A stretch of 64,000 bases of DNA from an uncultured Nitrososphaeraceae archaeon (GTDB lineage Archaea; Thermoproteota; Nitrososphaeria; Nitrososphaerales; Nitrososphaeraceae), in contig CAWIMJ010000018.1 in assembly GCA_963837175.1 (NCBI GenBank), positions 1 through 64,000 on the forward strand, in the 5' to 3' direction. Shown in pieces: positions 1 through 11,194 of the stretch. Each line of letters starts with the position of its first letter. Position 1 is the first letter of the stretch. The translations under genes and the position numbers were made by a program. The notes beneath the pieces were generated by a model. That model saw only the letters and a list, made by a program, of their open reading frames with translations, made no database searches and was not told the DNA's origin.

Positions 1-40
1 CATGATATATATTATTTATAGTTTTATGATGTGTTTTCTG

Positions 41-735
41 GGCTCTGTTCACTTAAGGTTAAACCTATAGCTTTCAATATACTAATTCCCTTTATGTTCA
101 AAAGAAATAGAACATCTTCAAAGTATATCTATTATTATGCATTAAAGTTATATTTTTCAGGTCTTTCTCTTAGGAAAACATCAGAACATTTGTCTGCATT
201 TATCAAAAGAAACCATGTTTCTATTTGGAACTGGATTCAACGATATAATAAGCCAAGTAAGATATCTCAAAAGAGAAAGAAGGTATTATCAGAATTTATT
301 ATAGATGAAACTTTGCTTAAAGTTCGTAATGAATTTGTATGGCTGTGGATTGCAATTGAACCAATAGATAAAATAATTCTTGGTATTCGTATTTCCTTTG
401 AAAGAACAATGCTTGTTGCTGAACGATTTCTACAACAAGAATTGGTTAGGAAATATGGAAAACATCCAGTCTCTACTGATGGTAGTGGTACATGGTATCT
501 ATCCACAGGCTTGTAAATTCCTGAATATGAATATCATCATCTGCATTCCTCCTATGAGAAAAGCATGATTGAAAGAACCATACAGAGTACATCAAAAGGA
601 TAGAACCGAAAGCTTTGATCATGACTACTTTCCTTTAGTAGAAAAGAAAAATGTAAACTACAACATATCAGAAATTGGTTCAATTTTTTCGTTGATTATC
701 ATAATACGGAGATGATGGCTTAAGTAAACAGAGCC
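41..735 (+). mobile_element. IS6-family insertion sequence, degenerate (frameshifted DDE transposase)
   Basis: Terminal inverted repeats GGCTCTGTTCACTTAAG (41-57) and CTTAAGTAAACAGAGCC (719-735) match at 16/17. ORF has LYFSGLSLR-HTH, IDET, WLWIAIEP and STDG motifs; the C-terminal part (YPQAC..EKS.IER) continues in other frames. Confidence 0.85.
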
Positions 736-1080
736 GTTTTGAATTTGAATTGATTTATATATTTGATGAATATTACCTTCTTTTAGTTGGGGTCGTTAAA
801 ATATACTGAACCCCTCTACCAGCAAAAATTCAAATCCCACTGGCACCACGACGTGTGTTTACTAAGTATTAGTATCAAAAATACCTTTATTTCTACTAAT
901 GAATTTCGTATTTGACTAATTTTTTGAATTGTTAGCTGAATCCACTCAACTATAGGGTTCAAGCAGATATGAATCCTATAAAAATGCAAAATTATATAAT
1001 TTTGCTGACTTACCACTACTTTATCAGATAACCAGTTCATCACTTAGGAATTAAAATAGATGTTTTGTTAAGTAATACAT

Positions 1081-1425
1081 ATGCAAAATTCGCAGTACAA
1101 TGTAGTGCACACAACAACAAATTCATGGGACAATGATGTATTGAAATCAGAGCTACCTGTTTTCGTTGATTTTTGGGCTGAATGGTGTGGTCCTTGCAGA
1201 ATGGTTGGGCCGGCTATAGAACAGTTGTCGCAGACAATGGGAGATAGAATAAAAGTAGCAAAACTCAACGTTGATGAAAATCAAGAAATAGCAATGAGAT
1301 ATGGCGTTCAATCGATTCCTTCGCTTATTCTCTTTAAAGCAGGAAAAGAAGTTGCAAGAACTATAGGAGCTGCTCCAAAGGAAAAATATCAAAAATTCAT
1401 CGAAGAGTCTCTTTTGAAGACATAG
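1081..1425 (+). CDS. trxA: thioredoxin
   Basis: VDFWAEWCGPC active site, cis-Pro motif SIPSL, 114 aa. Confidence 0.95.
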   Translation: MQNSQYNVVHTTTNSWDNDVLKSELPVFVDFWAEWCGPCRMVGPAIEQLSQTMGDRIKVAKLNVDENQEIAMRYGVQSIPSLILFKAGKEVARTIGAAPKEKYQKFIEESLLKT

Positions 1426-1714
1426 CGGACAATACTATTGGAAATCAGATTGAAAGTTGATACTCTTTTCCAAAAGTAAAGATGTTTTGGATTAAATCTT
1501 TGAACCCACTTCAGTATAGCAACATGGTTTCTTTCCTTTCTTTTTCCTCAAACTTAACCGAGAAAATATGAGTATAATGCATATAGTATTACCTCTGCGG
1601 ATTTTCTCTCAAGTTCAATATGCTCATATCCTTACATTTAGAGAAATATTGTAGAATAATTAATTATTTATGCGTCCAAAAAATACTGAGACCTGTACGA
1701 AGTAATGTCATTAA

Positions 1715-1997
1715 GGGATCCGATGATATGTAAGATAGATTTGACTCTATTATTATATCCAGAATTTCATTACTATTCGATAAACTAATACTGAATTTGG
1801 TAGATGTTATTTTGTTTGATCAGCTGCTAATTATCTGTGTGCTGTGTCTCATATCCCGGTCTATCTTTTTGAATTGGCGTCAAGTGTTATTGACCACCAT
1901 ATTTTAGTATATATGTGATACACTTTTAGAATTTTACTTACCTCCAAATAGCTTTCTAATATTCATTGAATAATCCGCACAACGAGAGTAGTGCTCA
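1715..1997. repeat. conserved non-coding block, copy 1 (copy 2 at about 6838-7128)
   Basis: Long identical stretches shared with 6838-7128, e.g. CTGCTAATTATCTGTGTGCTGTGTCTCATATCC and GAATTGGCGTCAAGTGTTATTGACCACCATATTTTAG. Confidence 0.85.
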
Positions 1998-2198
1998 AAA
2001 AGTCCTTGTATAATAAATTTCTTGCCTTTTGAATGAGATTAATGTGACTTAAAAACATTTTTGAATTATGTGATGGATATTAAAAATTATATATTTTTCT
2101 ATAATTTTATATCTACTATGTATCTATTAAATAAACTAAGTATTAATTTTTTAAAAATAAATAAACTATTGGTACATCCATCTTCATAAGAAAATAAA

Positions 2199-2438
2199 AT
2201 GAACAACTCAACTTTACTAATGATTGGAATCGTAGGAGCGGTGGCAATTCTGTCAGCAGGACTAGCTGTGGTACCTATTGCAATGCAACAACAAGCAAGT
2301 GCACAGGATTCGGATTTTAGTTTCGAACAAGAGCAAAAGAACAAATGTAGGGGTAATGCGGAATGTACTAACGATGGCACAATAACATTCGGTGAGCCGG
2401 TTATGGATGACTTAGTATCTTTCCCTCTGCAGTCGTAG
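2199..2438 (+). CDS. small secreted two-cysteine peptide
   Basis: Signal peptide ending QQASA; mature part FSFEQEQKNKCRGNAECTNDGTITFG; paralog at 7330. Confidence 0.8.
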   Translation: MNNSTLLMIGIVGAVAILSAGLAVVPIAMQQQASAQDSDFSFEQEQKNKCRGNAECTNDGTITFGEPVMDDLVSFPLQS

Positions 2439-2920
2439 CCTAACTTGATGAGCCAATACCACTATGCAATAACATTTGAATAGAAGCTAAATATTATTAG
2501 TAGCAGTTCTTCTATAGCCGCACCTTATATTTTTTATAAGACTAAAAGAAATTTATACTATTATATAGGATAAAACCTTCCTTTTCATACTTAGATGTTT
2601 TCCGAATCTGTCTCAATAGCTATTTTTGGAGTGCTACTGATATTCTCGGAGGCTCATTAGATTTCATTGATTATCATCAGCATATTAGGACTTTATTATT
2701 CTTCAATGTGCTAATTGAGATATTTGAAGAGAATATGGAGAAGTCAGTCAAAGAGGATAAAGCAAAAATGAAGCATTTTAGTCTGAGTAGCAAAATGAAG
2801 ATGACACAGATACGGTAGAATATGAGGCAGAGTTGACTTTGGCTTAAATGGGATACCTAATATTCCGAAGATATACTTTTCAATCTTTGCCTATAAATTA
2901 TAAACAATAGACCAAAATGA

Positions 2921-3364
2921 TTACGCAGATATTTTACCAAAGTATGACTTGACATCAGGTCTATACAGATAATACAAAATTATGCCACTGATAATTATGC
3001 CTACAATACTACCACTGTTAGCTGTAAGGAAGGTAGATATATCCATGTTAATAGCAACAGTAATAGCAAGACTTCCAAAAATAATCGAAGATACATTGAT
3101 AGCTATTCCAATAAACAGCAATACCACCGTTATAGTCCATGCCCATGTTTTTCCCTTTAATAATCCATAAGATATAGCAAGATATCCAATTCCTACTGCT
3201 AATATGATAGCACCAATTATAACAAAAACTAAGCCAGTGATCTGCGATATAAATAAAGATCCGACTGCAACTCCTCCAATTCCAGCCAAAAGTGATAGAA
3301 TACCACCAATTATAATTAAAACCGCAATAACAGTAACTCCAGTTGGACGCCTTTTTATTTCCAA
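2921..3364 (-). CDS. four-TM membrane protein (RPTGVT...YYLYRPDVKSYF type)
   Basis: Four hydrophobic segments; N- and C-terminal motifs typical of a widespread archaeal membrane family; TTG start. Confidence 0.8.
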   Translation of the reverse strand: MEIKRRPTGVTVIAVLIIIGGILSLLAGIGGVAVGSLFISQITGLVFVIIGAIILAVGIGYLAISYGLLKGKTWAWTITVVLLFIGIAINVSSIIFGSLAITVAINMDISTFLTANSGSIVGIIISGIILYYLYRPDVKSYFGKISA

Positions 3365-3756
3365 ATCTTCAACACTATCAGAAGGAGTTAATATACATAT
3401 ACATTTCTATGTATATATTACACAAGACATACATAGATATCTGTCTGGTTTTGGTATATTATCAATGTTTACGGCTAAGATTTTATAAATCAAATCTAAC
3501 TTGATTATTGTACTCAAATTGAGTCAGTCAAAGTATGCGAAGTGTTCAAGCTGGTTCAATATTGCCTATTATTATATTGAAAAAATAATGGTTAGAAGTG
3601 TAAAATAATAATATACATAATAATTTTGTTAGATCAAAAATTATCTGCAGTCACTTTGCAGTCACTGCAGTCACTACAATTTCGGATTAAAAAGAAGTAT
3701 ATAATAAAATTTCAAATCAGTCTGTTTAGGCACATTTTTAACAATTATATTATATT

Positions 3757-3906
3757 TTATTTCTGTTTTTTATTTTTACCTCTTGACTGGCCTCCTCCTA
3801 AATCATTTTTGATCTTTGCCATTCTCTTGTTTTTATTAGAGTCTTTGCTCTTTTCTTTGGCTGCATTCTTGTTTACTTGTTTGTTACCTTTTGATTTTCC
3901 TACCAT
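3757..3906 (-). CDS. 49-aa Lys/Asn-rich basic microprotein (not in ORF track)
   Basis: Hand translation: MVGKSKGNKQVNKNAAKEKSKDSNKNKRMAKIKNDLGGGQSRGKNKKQK*. Purine-rich coding strand, as in neighbouring genes. Confidence 0.6.
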   Translation of the reverse strand: MVGKSKGNKQVNKNAAKEKSKDSNKNKRMAKIKNDLGGGQSRGKNKKQK

Positions 3907-4187
3907 AGTAAAAGGTACACAAAATAATATTTAGAGGATACAAATATCACTAATGGGAATTAGCTATAAGAAGAAGGTTAAACGGATGAACAAGATCTAA
4001 TCAGAAATAATAGTTGACAGCATGTAATTCAATGACAGTTTGTTAAAATATAATATGTATAATATATAATACCAATTCTATAATTAGCAATAGGTTGAAT
4101 ATAAGACAGATTTTATTCATATTTGCAATACATATTATTGTAGGACGTAATTGATCGAACATTGCATTTATCATTTAAATATCTCAG

Positions 4188-4367
4188 ATGACACAATATA
4201 ATGCATCTATGGAGGAATGGGATCCAGCCATTAGTAATTTTGTACTGAGATGTAACAGCTGTTGGAGAACAAACAAAAGCAAGAATATAAAAATTATCCG
4301 TACCTCAAGGGAGAAATATTATTGTGAAATGTGTTTGACTATATATGATAATCTATGCCATTGCTAA
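4188..4367 (+). CDS. 59-aa zinc-finger microprotein (CxxC-x20-CxxC; not in ORF track)
   Basis: Hand translation: MTQYNASMEEWDPAISNFVLRCNSCWRTNKSKNIKIIRTSREKYYCEMCLTIYDNLCHC*. Confidence 0.55.
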   Translation: MTQYNASMEEWDPAISNFVLRCNSCWRTNKSKNIKIIRTSREKYYCEMCLTIYDNLCHC

Positions 4368-4524
4368 ATCCAAAGAATTGGATTTTTCATGTTTATCTCT
4401 TCTTTTTCTTTAGCCAGCCACAAAAGAGGCAAACTTCTATAATTATTACTTGGCTTTATTTTAGGTCAAATTTAAAATGATAATAATAATATTAGATATA
4501 ATAACGCGGGCACATTCACAGAAT

Positions 4525-4815
4525 AATGAAATCGATAATATTATTTGAATAAATGAGCTGGCGTAAATGAAATCTCATTACTTAAAATAGATGTGTAGAA
4601 GGTGCAGAAGTTTTAGCTCTAAAAGGTGCAATCAACACATTAACCCAACAGAAGATAAAGAATGTGGTAATTGAGTACCATTCGCTTGAAAATTATAATT
4701 ATATAATTAAGCTATTGGAGGAGAAAGTAGGATACAATAATGAATTCACAAGAACGATTTAATAAAGAGACAGAATTTGTTAACGGTCACATTATGTCAA
4801 TTTTGCAAGAATAAC
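4525..4815 (+). pseudogene. FkbM-family methyltransferase, C-terminal remnant
   Basis: Broken frames read ISLLKIDV/EGAEVLALKGAINTL..IKNVVIEYHS (KIDVEGAE motif); no N-terminus. Confidence 0.65.
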
Positions 4816-5188
4816 CTCTATAAGATATAATAACCATCATCCAAAATTGGTCTTATCTTCATAGGTTATCTTCACCTAGTTTCCATTTATGTACACAGGT
4901 ATCAGTATATGATTAAATATTCCTAGTTATAGTAATAATTCTGATAATCTAATTCCATGAAGAGACTAGGCGCTATCCTCAATGCGAAACAAGGTGTTTT
5001 TCAGTTTCATTATTAGACAACATTAGGTGGTGTTTCAGCATCTAGATTGTCATTATAACGACAGCAAGTATAGAAAGAATCTGTAATAACATAGTTAAGT
5101 GGTATTTAAAAAAGATGTTATATAGATTATAATAACTTTAGAATATTTGCAATAATGGGAAAACATAGTTCAAACATGGTGAAAAATA

Positions 5189-6585
5189 TTGGTTGAAGAT
5201 ATTAGAAGGGAACATGAATTAAGTAAAAATAATAAAAAAAAGGTCAACCTTAGACACCTATTCTCAATAAAACCACATTTACTGTCACCGAAGCTAAAAC
5301 AAATCTTAAAATCTTTAGGACCTGGAATAATAACTGGAGCATCAGATGACGATCCATCAGGAATAGCAACATTTTCACAAGCTGGTGCAAGGTTTGGCTT
5401 TGGAATGTTATGGCTAGTTCTATTCCAGTATCCTATTATGACAGTTATTCAAGAAATGTGTGCACGCATAGGACTTGTAACTGGTGGAGGATTAGCAGCA
5501 GTCATAAAGAAAAAATACTCTAAAAAAATTGTTTTTCCAATTGTAAGCCTTCTTTTTATTGCAAACACAATAAATATTGGTGCTGATATTGGCGCTATGT
5601 CAGCATCAGTCAGACTCATATTTCCTCAAATACCATTTATTGTTGCTACTATTTCTTTTGCAGCATTTATTCTTGGGCAGAAATTCGAGTTCCTTATAAA
5701 AACTATGTAAAGATACTGAAGTATCTAACGCTCTCTCTTTTTGCATATTTCATAACTGCAATAATTGTCGGTGGTAACTTGAACGAAATTATAGTTGCAA
5801 CCATAGTGCCTCACATAGAATTTACACCTGAATTTGCAATGATGTTTGTAGCTATATTTGGAACTTCAATCTCTCCGTATTTGTTCTTCTGGCAGGCTTC
5901 AGAGGAAGCTGAAGAAGATGTTGCCAAACATAAGATAAAAGAAATTAGTAGTGGTGATAGGGATAAAGCCAATATACCACACGTTAGCCAAAAGGAAGTC
6001 AAGGTAATGAGATCAGATATTGCAATTGGTATAGCATTTTCTCATTTTATTATGTGGACCATAATATTAACCACGGCAGGAAGCCTTTATGCTAATGGTA
6101 TAACGGATATACAGACAGCGGAACAGGCAGCAAATGCGCTAGAACCGCTTGTAAAGTCTTTTCCAAATGCAGGACAGATATCAGAAGTAGTTTTTGCATT
6201 AGGTATAATAGGTACCGGACTATTGGCAGTACCGGTTTTGGCTGGATCCGCTGGCTATGCATTAGCAGACGGATTTGGATGGAAACAAGGTCTTTATAAG
6301 AAATTCAAAAATGCCAAAGCATTTTACGTGACAGTATCTGCAGCAACCCTAATAGGATTATGTATAAATTTCATAAATATAGATCCAATAAAGGCTCTAG
6401 TGTATGCAGCCGTTATTAATGCAGTTGTAGCTGTACCTATTCTTATTGCAATCATGAAGATTGCTAATGATAAAAAAATAATGCAAAGTAAAGCCAATGG
6501 AAGAATATCAAATGTAATTGGTTGGATTACTATTTTGATAATGGGTGTGTCAGTTATGATTATGTTTCTTACTTGGGCCAAATAA
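5189..6585 (+). CDS. NRAMP-related divalent metal transporter, split by one frameshift near 5675
   Basis: GPGIITGASDDDPSGIATFSQAGA in ORF 5189-5710 and GTSISPYLFFWQ in ORF 5779-6585. The second frame is open from about 5678 (AEIRVPYKNYVKILKYL), so a single indel joins them. Confidence 0.85.
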
Positions 6586-6837
6586 CAAAAGATTTTAGTT
6601 AATGATGAAAGAAAAAAATTAAGGTATGTTATAATCTTGTCAAATTATTTCTCCAGATTCTTTTTATCGTTCTTGTTCTTTATGTTTATTCTGATCATCA
6701 TCATCTCGCTTTTTTATTCTGTAGGTAAATTTTGAGTAGATAGATTTTGAAATGTAGATGATGACTGATAATGATAATGTATGATTATATCAAGAAGAAT
6801 AGTTCACAGTAGAAGTAGTTGTAAAAAATTAATTCAC

Positions 6838-7128
6838 GGGTTAGGTGGAATATAAGACATAGATTTGCCTCAATTGTTATACCCAGAATTTCATTACATA
6901 TTGGATAAACTAATATCGAATTTTGTAGATGTTATTTTGTTTGATCTGCTGCTAATTATCTGTGTGCTGTGTCTCATATCCTAATTTCCCTTTTTTTGAA
7001 TTGGCGTCAAGTGTTATTGACCACCATATTTTAGCATAGATGTGATACACATTTAGAATTTTATTTTACTTCCTAATAGTTTTTCTAATATTCATTGAAT
7101 AATCCGCATAACGGGAGTAGTGCTCAAT
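6838..7128. repeat. conserved non-coding block, copy 2
   Basis: Direct repeat of 1715-1997; its left extension 6772-6895 also matches 14585-14700. Confidence 0.85.
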
Positions 7129-7329
7129 TTCATTATTGCTGGAATATTTTAAAAATTGTAAATATCGCGATTAATATATCTTATTAACTTTTTTGATTTA
7201 TATTATGTCATAAAGTAGTTTGAAAATTTTCTATACTTTCATATCTATGATATATCTATTAAATAATTTCAGAATTAATTTTTTGAAAATAAATATACCA
7301 TTAGTAATAACACTCACATAAGAAGTTAT

Positions 7330-7553
7330 ATGAAGAACACAACTTTACTAATGATTGGAATCATAGGAGCAGTGGCAATACTGTCAGCAGGACTAAGTAT
7401 AATATCAGTACAATGCAACAAGCTAGTGCAAACTTTGAAGAAGATGGAGACGGGGGCGATACAGGCTTCAGTTTCAAACAAGAGCAAAAGAACAGATGTA
7501 GTGGCGATGCTACCTGTACTAATGAAGCCACAGTAGAATTCGGCGTTACATAA
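7330..7553 (+). CDS. small secreted two-cysteine peptide paralog, frameshifted near 7410
   Basis: MKNTTLLMIGIIGAVAILSAGLSII, then in another frame MQQASANFEEDGDGGDTGFSFKQEQKNRCSGDATCTNEATVEFGVT*. Confidence 0.75.
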
Positions 7554-8319
7554 ATATCGGCACTTGTTGCTGTCATAACCAATATTTTTTTCATATAACT
7601 AAAGAAAAAGAAATTTTACATAGAAGATATAAAATAATAGTTTCTTTTACATTCTCACACAGTATTCAATATTTGTCAACATATGCAGTTTACACGTAAT
7701 CTAATTTGTCCACTGCTCCTGTGATGTTACAAATTATAAATTATATGACAATATATCAACTAGATCATCTAAAAATCAATGAACATTTACATCATCTTTT
7801 ATGACATCTGGTTCGTAGCAGACATATATGCATAATTACCAATGAAAGATTAATTGATTAAAAGTAAATGGAACAATTTTGCATCAATATGGCTACCGCA
7901 ATACCAAGTGATGGATATTGTAGAAAAAAATTACTCTTGCTGTGTTATAAATCAATCAGCAATATCCCCTTTTATTATGATAACACATAACATGAATCTT
8001 CTATTCTGTAGGTATCTATTTGATTATATTGACCTAAGAATACCGATGATGGCAATGATAATGTCGCATTGGAAGCACCTGCAGCAGCAGCCTCTATAGC
8101 ATTATCTATCAATGCTTCCACAATGTTTTCCTAATTCTTGCTATCCATCTTGTTAATAATATCCTAATTAGGTCTCTATTCTGTTCAATAGAACTTCCTT
8201 AGCTTATTGCTATTTGTATTGCTGACATATTTATGAACAGAGCTAATATATCTTATTTTAATATCGATATAATCAAGAAATAATAGCATAGAGGGAGATA
8301 TAATAATCTCTGAGGAGTC

Positions 8320-9219
8320 TTGAAAATAAATAAATTGTTGAGAAAATCAATTATTGTAACTGGAGCTTCAAGTGGTATTGGTAAAGCTACTGTTATAAAA
8401 TTAATAGAGTCAGGCTATCAGGTCTTCGGATTAGCGCGAAGATATGACAAGCTTGTTACTCTTTTTTCCTCTGAATCAATATCTAAAGAGATTAAAAAAG
8501 ATCTTTATATTCCAATAGAATTTGATATTACTAAACCTGAAACATTTAATGATGTCCTAGACATCATAATCTCATCAACAGATGATGAAAATATAATCTA
8601 TGGTCTTGTAAATAATGCCGGCTACGTGGAACCAGGTGCTATAGAAGATATAAGTATGAATAAACTACGAGACCAGTTTGAAACAAATTTCTTTGGTCTT
8701 GTAGGATTTACAAAAAAAGTATTACCATTAATAATGATACGAAGGAATGAAGGACTAGGAGGAAGAATTGTAAATGTAAGCTCGCTTGCTGGATTAATAT
8801 CACTTCCATTGATCGGAACCTACTCTGCAACAAAGTATGCATTGGAAGCGGTATCTGATGCTCTTAGAATAGAGCTTTGGAATAAAAACATCAAAATCAT
8901 AACCATAAATCCAGGAGTGATTGAAACAGGTATTTACGATGTTCTGAGAAAAAGGATAGATTATCTTATTAACAACAACAATGAATATTCCAGGTTTATT
9001 GCAGCTTACAATAAATATTTTTCTACTAAAAGAAATTACGCTGGCTTAAAATCAAATGTAGTTGCAGATGTTATCTGTCATTCTATATCATCTCCAAATC
9101 CAAAACAAAAGTATATCATCGGGTCTACCAAAGAAAAAATAGCAGTTAAATTAAAACCTTTCATTCCTGATAAATTGTTATCATCATTGATTGCTAAACG
9201 CATACATCATGAATGGTAG
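8320..9219 (+). CDS. short-chain dehydrogenase/reductase
   Basis: TGASSGIG, NNAG and YSATK motifs. Confidence 0.93.
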   Translation: MKINKLLRKSIIVTGASSGIGKATVIKLIESGYQVFGLARRYDKLVTLFSSESISKEIKKDLYIPIEFDITKPETFNDVLDIIISSTDDENIIYGLVNNAGYVEPGAIEDISMNKLRDQFETNFFGLVGFTKKVLPLIMIRRNEGLGGRIVNVSSLAGLISLPLIGTYSATKYALEAVSDALRIELWNKNIKIITINPGVIETGIYDVLRKRIDYLINNNNEYSRFIAAYNKYFSTKRNYAGLKSNVVADVICHSISSPNPKQKYIIGSTKEKIAVKLKPFIPDKLLSSLIAKRIHHEW

Positions 9220-9677
9220 TAGCATCATAGCTATAATACTTATTTGTGTTTGAAGCTTTTCTGCCCAAGCTTATTTAAAAATTGAGTTTGCAAAGTTTGT
9301 AGTATTTAGTTTAATGTCAACAATACTACAGAAGAGAGAAAAATTAAGAATATTGAACAGTTGATTTCTCCTAAAGAAGAAGGGAGTGGAAGCACATAAC
9401 AAATTCATACTTGAGAAATGTGGGTATTTTTAAGTACAGATTACGTGGTCTGATCAATGTCAGGACAGATGGAAGTAGGATTTACGATGCAATTCGCCGC
9501 ATAGATAGCATAATGAATAACAAACATTGGGTTTAGTGACAGTCAATTACTAAAATCACACACTGAACGCTCGATAATACTTGCCTTTCTTTCTCTTACC
9601 GAAGCTTGTTATACATTGAATTTATCAAAGCACGAATCAAAAAATGGATAATTGAGTATCATAAACTCGATTAATAC

Positions 9678-10046
9678 TCAAGATTTCCTAACCACAGTCT
9701 TACTGATTTGAGGATAAACTCTGACTTGTTTAAAATCGCTAATAATTTCATCAGTAAAGGATATTCCTTCTTTTTCAAGTAACTCTCTCTTTCTGGTACT
9801 GCCATAGGCGTACCCACCCAGTTTGCCATCCGACATCACTACTCTGTGACATGGCACAACAATTGGGTTTGGATTCTTACCAAGTATTCTTCCTATTGCC
9901 CTTGAGGCTGAAGGTTTTCCAAGTGCTTTAGCAAGATCTCCATAAGTGGAAATCTTTCCTGCAGGTATCTTTATCAGCAGTTTATAAACATCGCTGTCTT
10001 TTATAGTGCTTTTGGTGACAATCTTGCTTCTTGTAGTTGGGAGCAT
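9678..10046 (-). CDS. ogt: O6-methylguanine-DNA methyltransferase (MGMT family)
   Basis: TYGDLA..RAIG HTH and NPIVVPCHRVV active site; probable start at MLPTTRSK rather than 10115. Confidence 0.88.
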   Translation of the reverse strand: MLPTTRSKIVTKSTIKDSDVYKLLIKIPAGKISTYGDLAKALGKPSASRAIGRILGKNPNPIVVPCHRVVMSDGKLGGYAYGSTRKRELLEKEGISFTDEIISDFKQVRVYPQISKTVVRKS

Positions 10047-10527
10047 AGAGAATGATAGAAGCAACCAGTATTTAACTTCAAGTCTTCTGACTATATCAAG
10101 TAATTTGCACGTCATTTGGCAAGGTTATGAATACTGACTTAGTCAGGTGAGAAGACCAGAGTTATTAGAATCTGAAAACACACCGTCTATTGTATTAACA
10201 AAGTACAATTCAAACTTTAGAAAGTCGGACAAAAATTCTGATTGTAGAAACCCACTAATGGAGACTATGATAGAAGGAGTATTCCAAAGATGATGATAAA
10301 GACATGGTTGCCCAAGAGGTATTTCCATATATTGCTCGATATGATATTAGCACTAGCTTATATATATTTCAGGGAAACATCATTATTATTAATATTATAT
10401 ATAATACACAATCCTCTAAGACAATCCGACACAAATACCACGGTCAAAGATAAAAAGGCCACCAACTATTAAATTTAATATCACATATTACATTATTGAA
10501 TGTTTGAAGAAGTTCTTATAACAGTCG

Positions 10528-10880
10528 TATTGATTGGAATGAAGTTCTAAAGAAAAAAACAAGAGGGATTAATGATGAAAACTGGGAGAAGTAAGAGAAC
10601 GTACTTAAGATTATGTTTTAGTAGAAAAAGGAGCATTAAACAAAGAAAAATTTTATGTTCCACAAAATGAGATAGAGAGCTATGATGGCAATACATTAAG
10701 ATTTAAACTATCAAAAGAAGAAAAAGATCCCATTAAAAAAAGAAGTAGACGTTAAAAAGGAGTCCTATGTCAAAGAAGAAGTTGTTCTCAAAAAGAGACG
10801 CGTAATAGAAACGAAAACAATTACTGAAGAAGTGAAAAGTAAAAGATTAACAGATACAGATACTGTGGAAAACATGTAGA
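10528..10880 (+). pseudogene. degenerate YsnF/DUF2382-family paralog
   Basis: Fragments DWNEVLKKKTRGINDEN, DYVLVEKGALNKEKFYVP..ESYDG and YVKEEVVLKKRRVIETKTITEEVKS match the genes at 56547 and 61733; internal deletion and frameshifts. Confidence 0.8.
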
Positions 10881-11194
10881 ATAGATTAGGAGCAGAAAAG
10901 TGCCAATTCAAAGATGAAAAATCATTGTAAATAAGAAATGAAAAAGAAAGTTATGAGGCATCAAACAAAAATATATCTCTATATTATTATCATGATGGGA
11001 GTAGTTACAAAATCCTTAATGTGAAGGTGGAAATATATTCTGAATATGTAATAATTGGTTTCGGTGGGATATGGAACAGAATTGACTCTATTTTGCAACG
11101 GGGATTTTAGTGATATATACTCTAGTAGAAAAAATCAATATTACTATATAATCACTAACATACTGCCTGTATGATGTATTGCTGCTGACAACCT

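Noticed and set aside
33-743. Target-site duplication of the IS6 element
   Set aside because: Flanks GTTTTCTG and GTTTTGAA match at only 5 of 8 positions in T-rich DNA.
3647-3676. Three short GCAGTCACT repeats
   Set aside because: Too short, with no associated feature; probably local slippage.
3626-3934. 102-aa Phe/Leu-rich plus-strand ORF
   Set aside because: Antisense to the Lys-rich microprotein; its composition mirrors AAA-rich codons.
6901-6913. TTGGATAAACTAA match to the cbtB-1 operator inside the duplicated non-coding block
   Set aside because: Only one half-site, altered in copy 1 (TTCGAT), and not next to an evident TATA box; may be chance.
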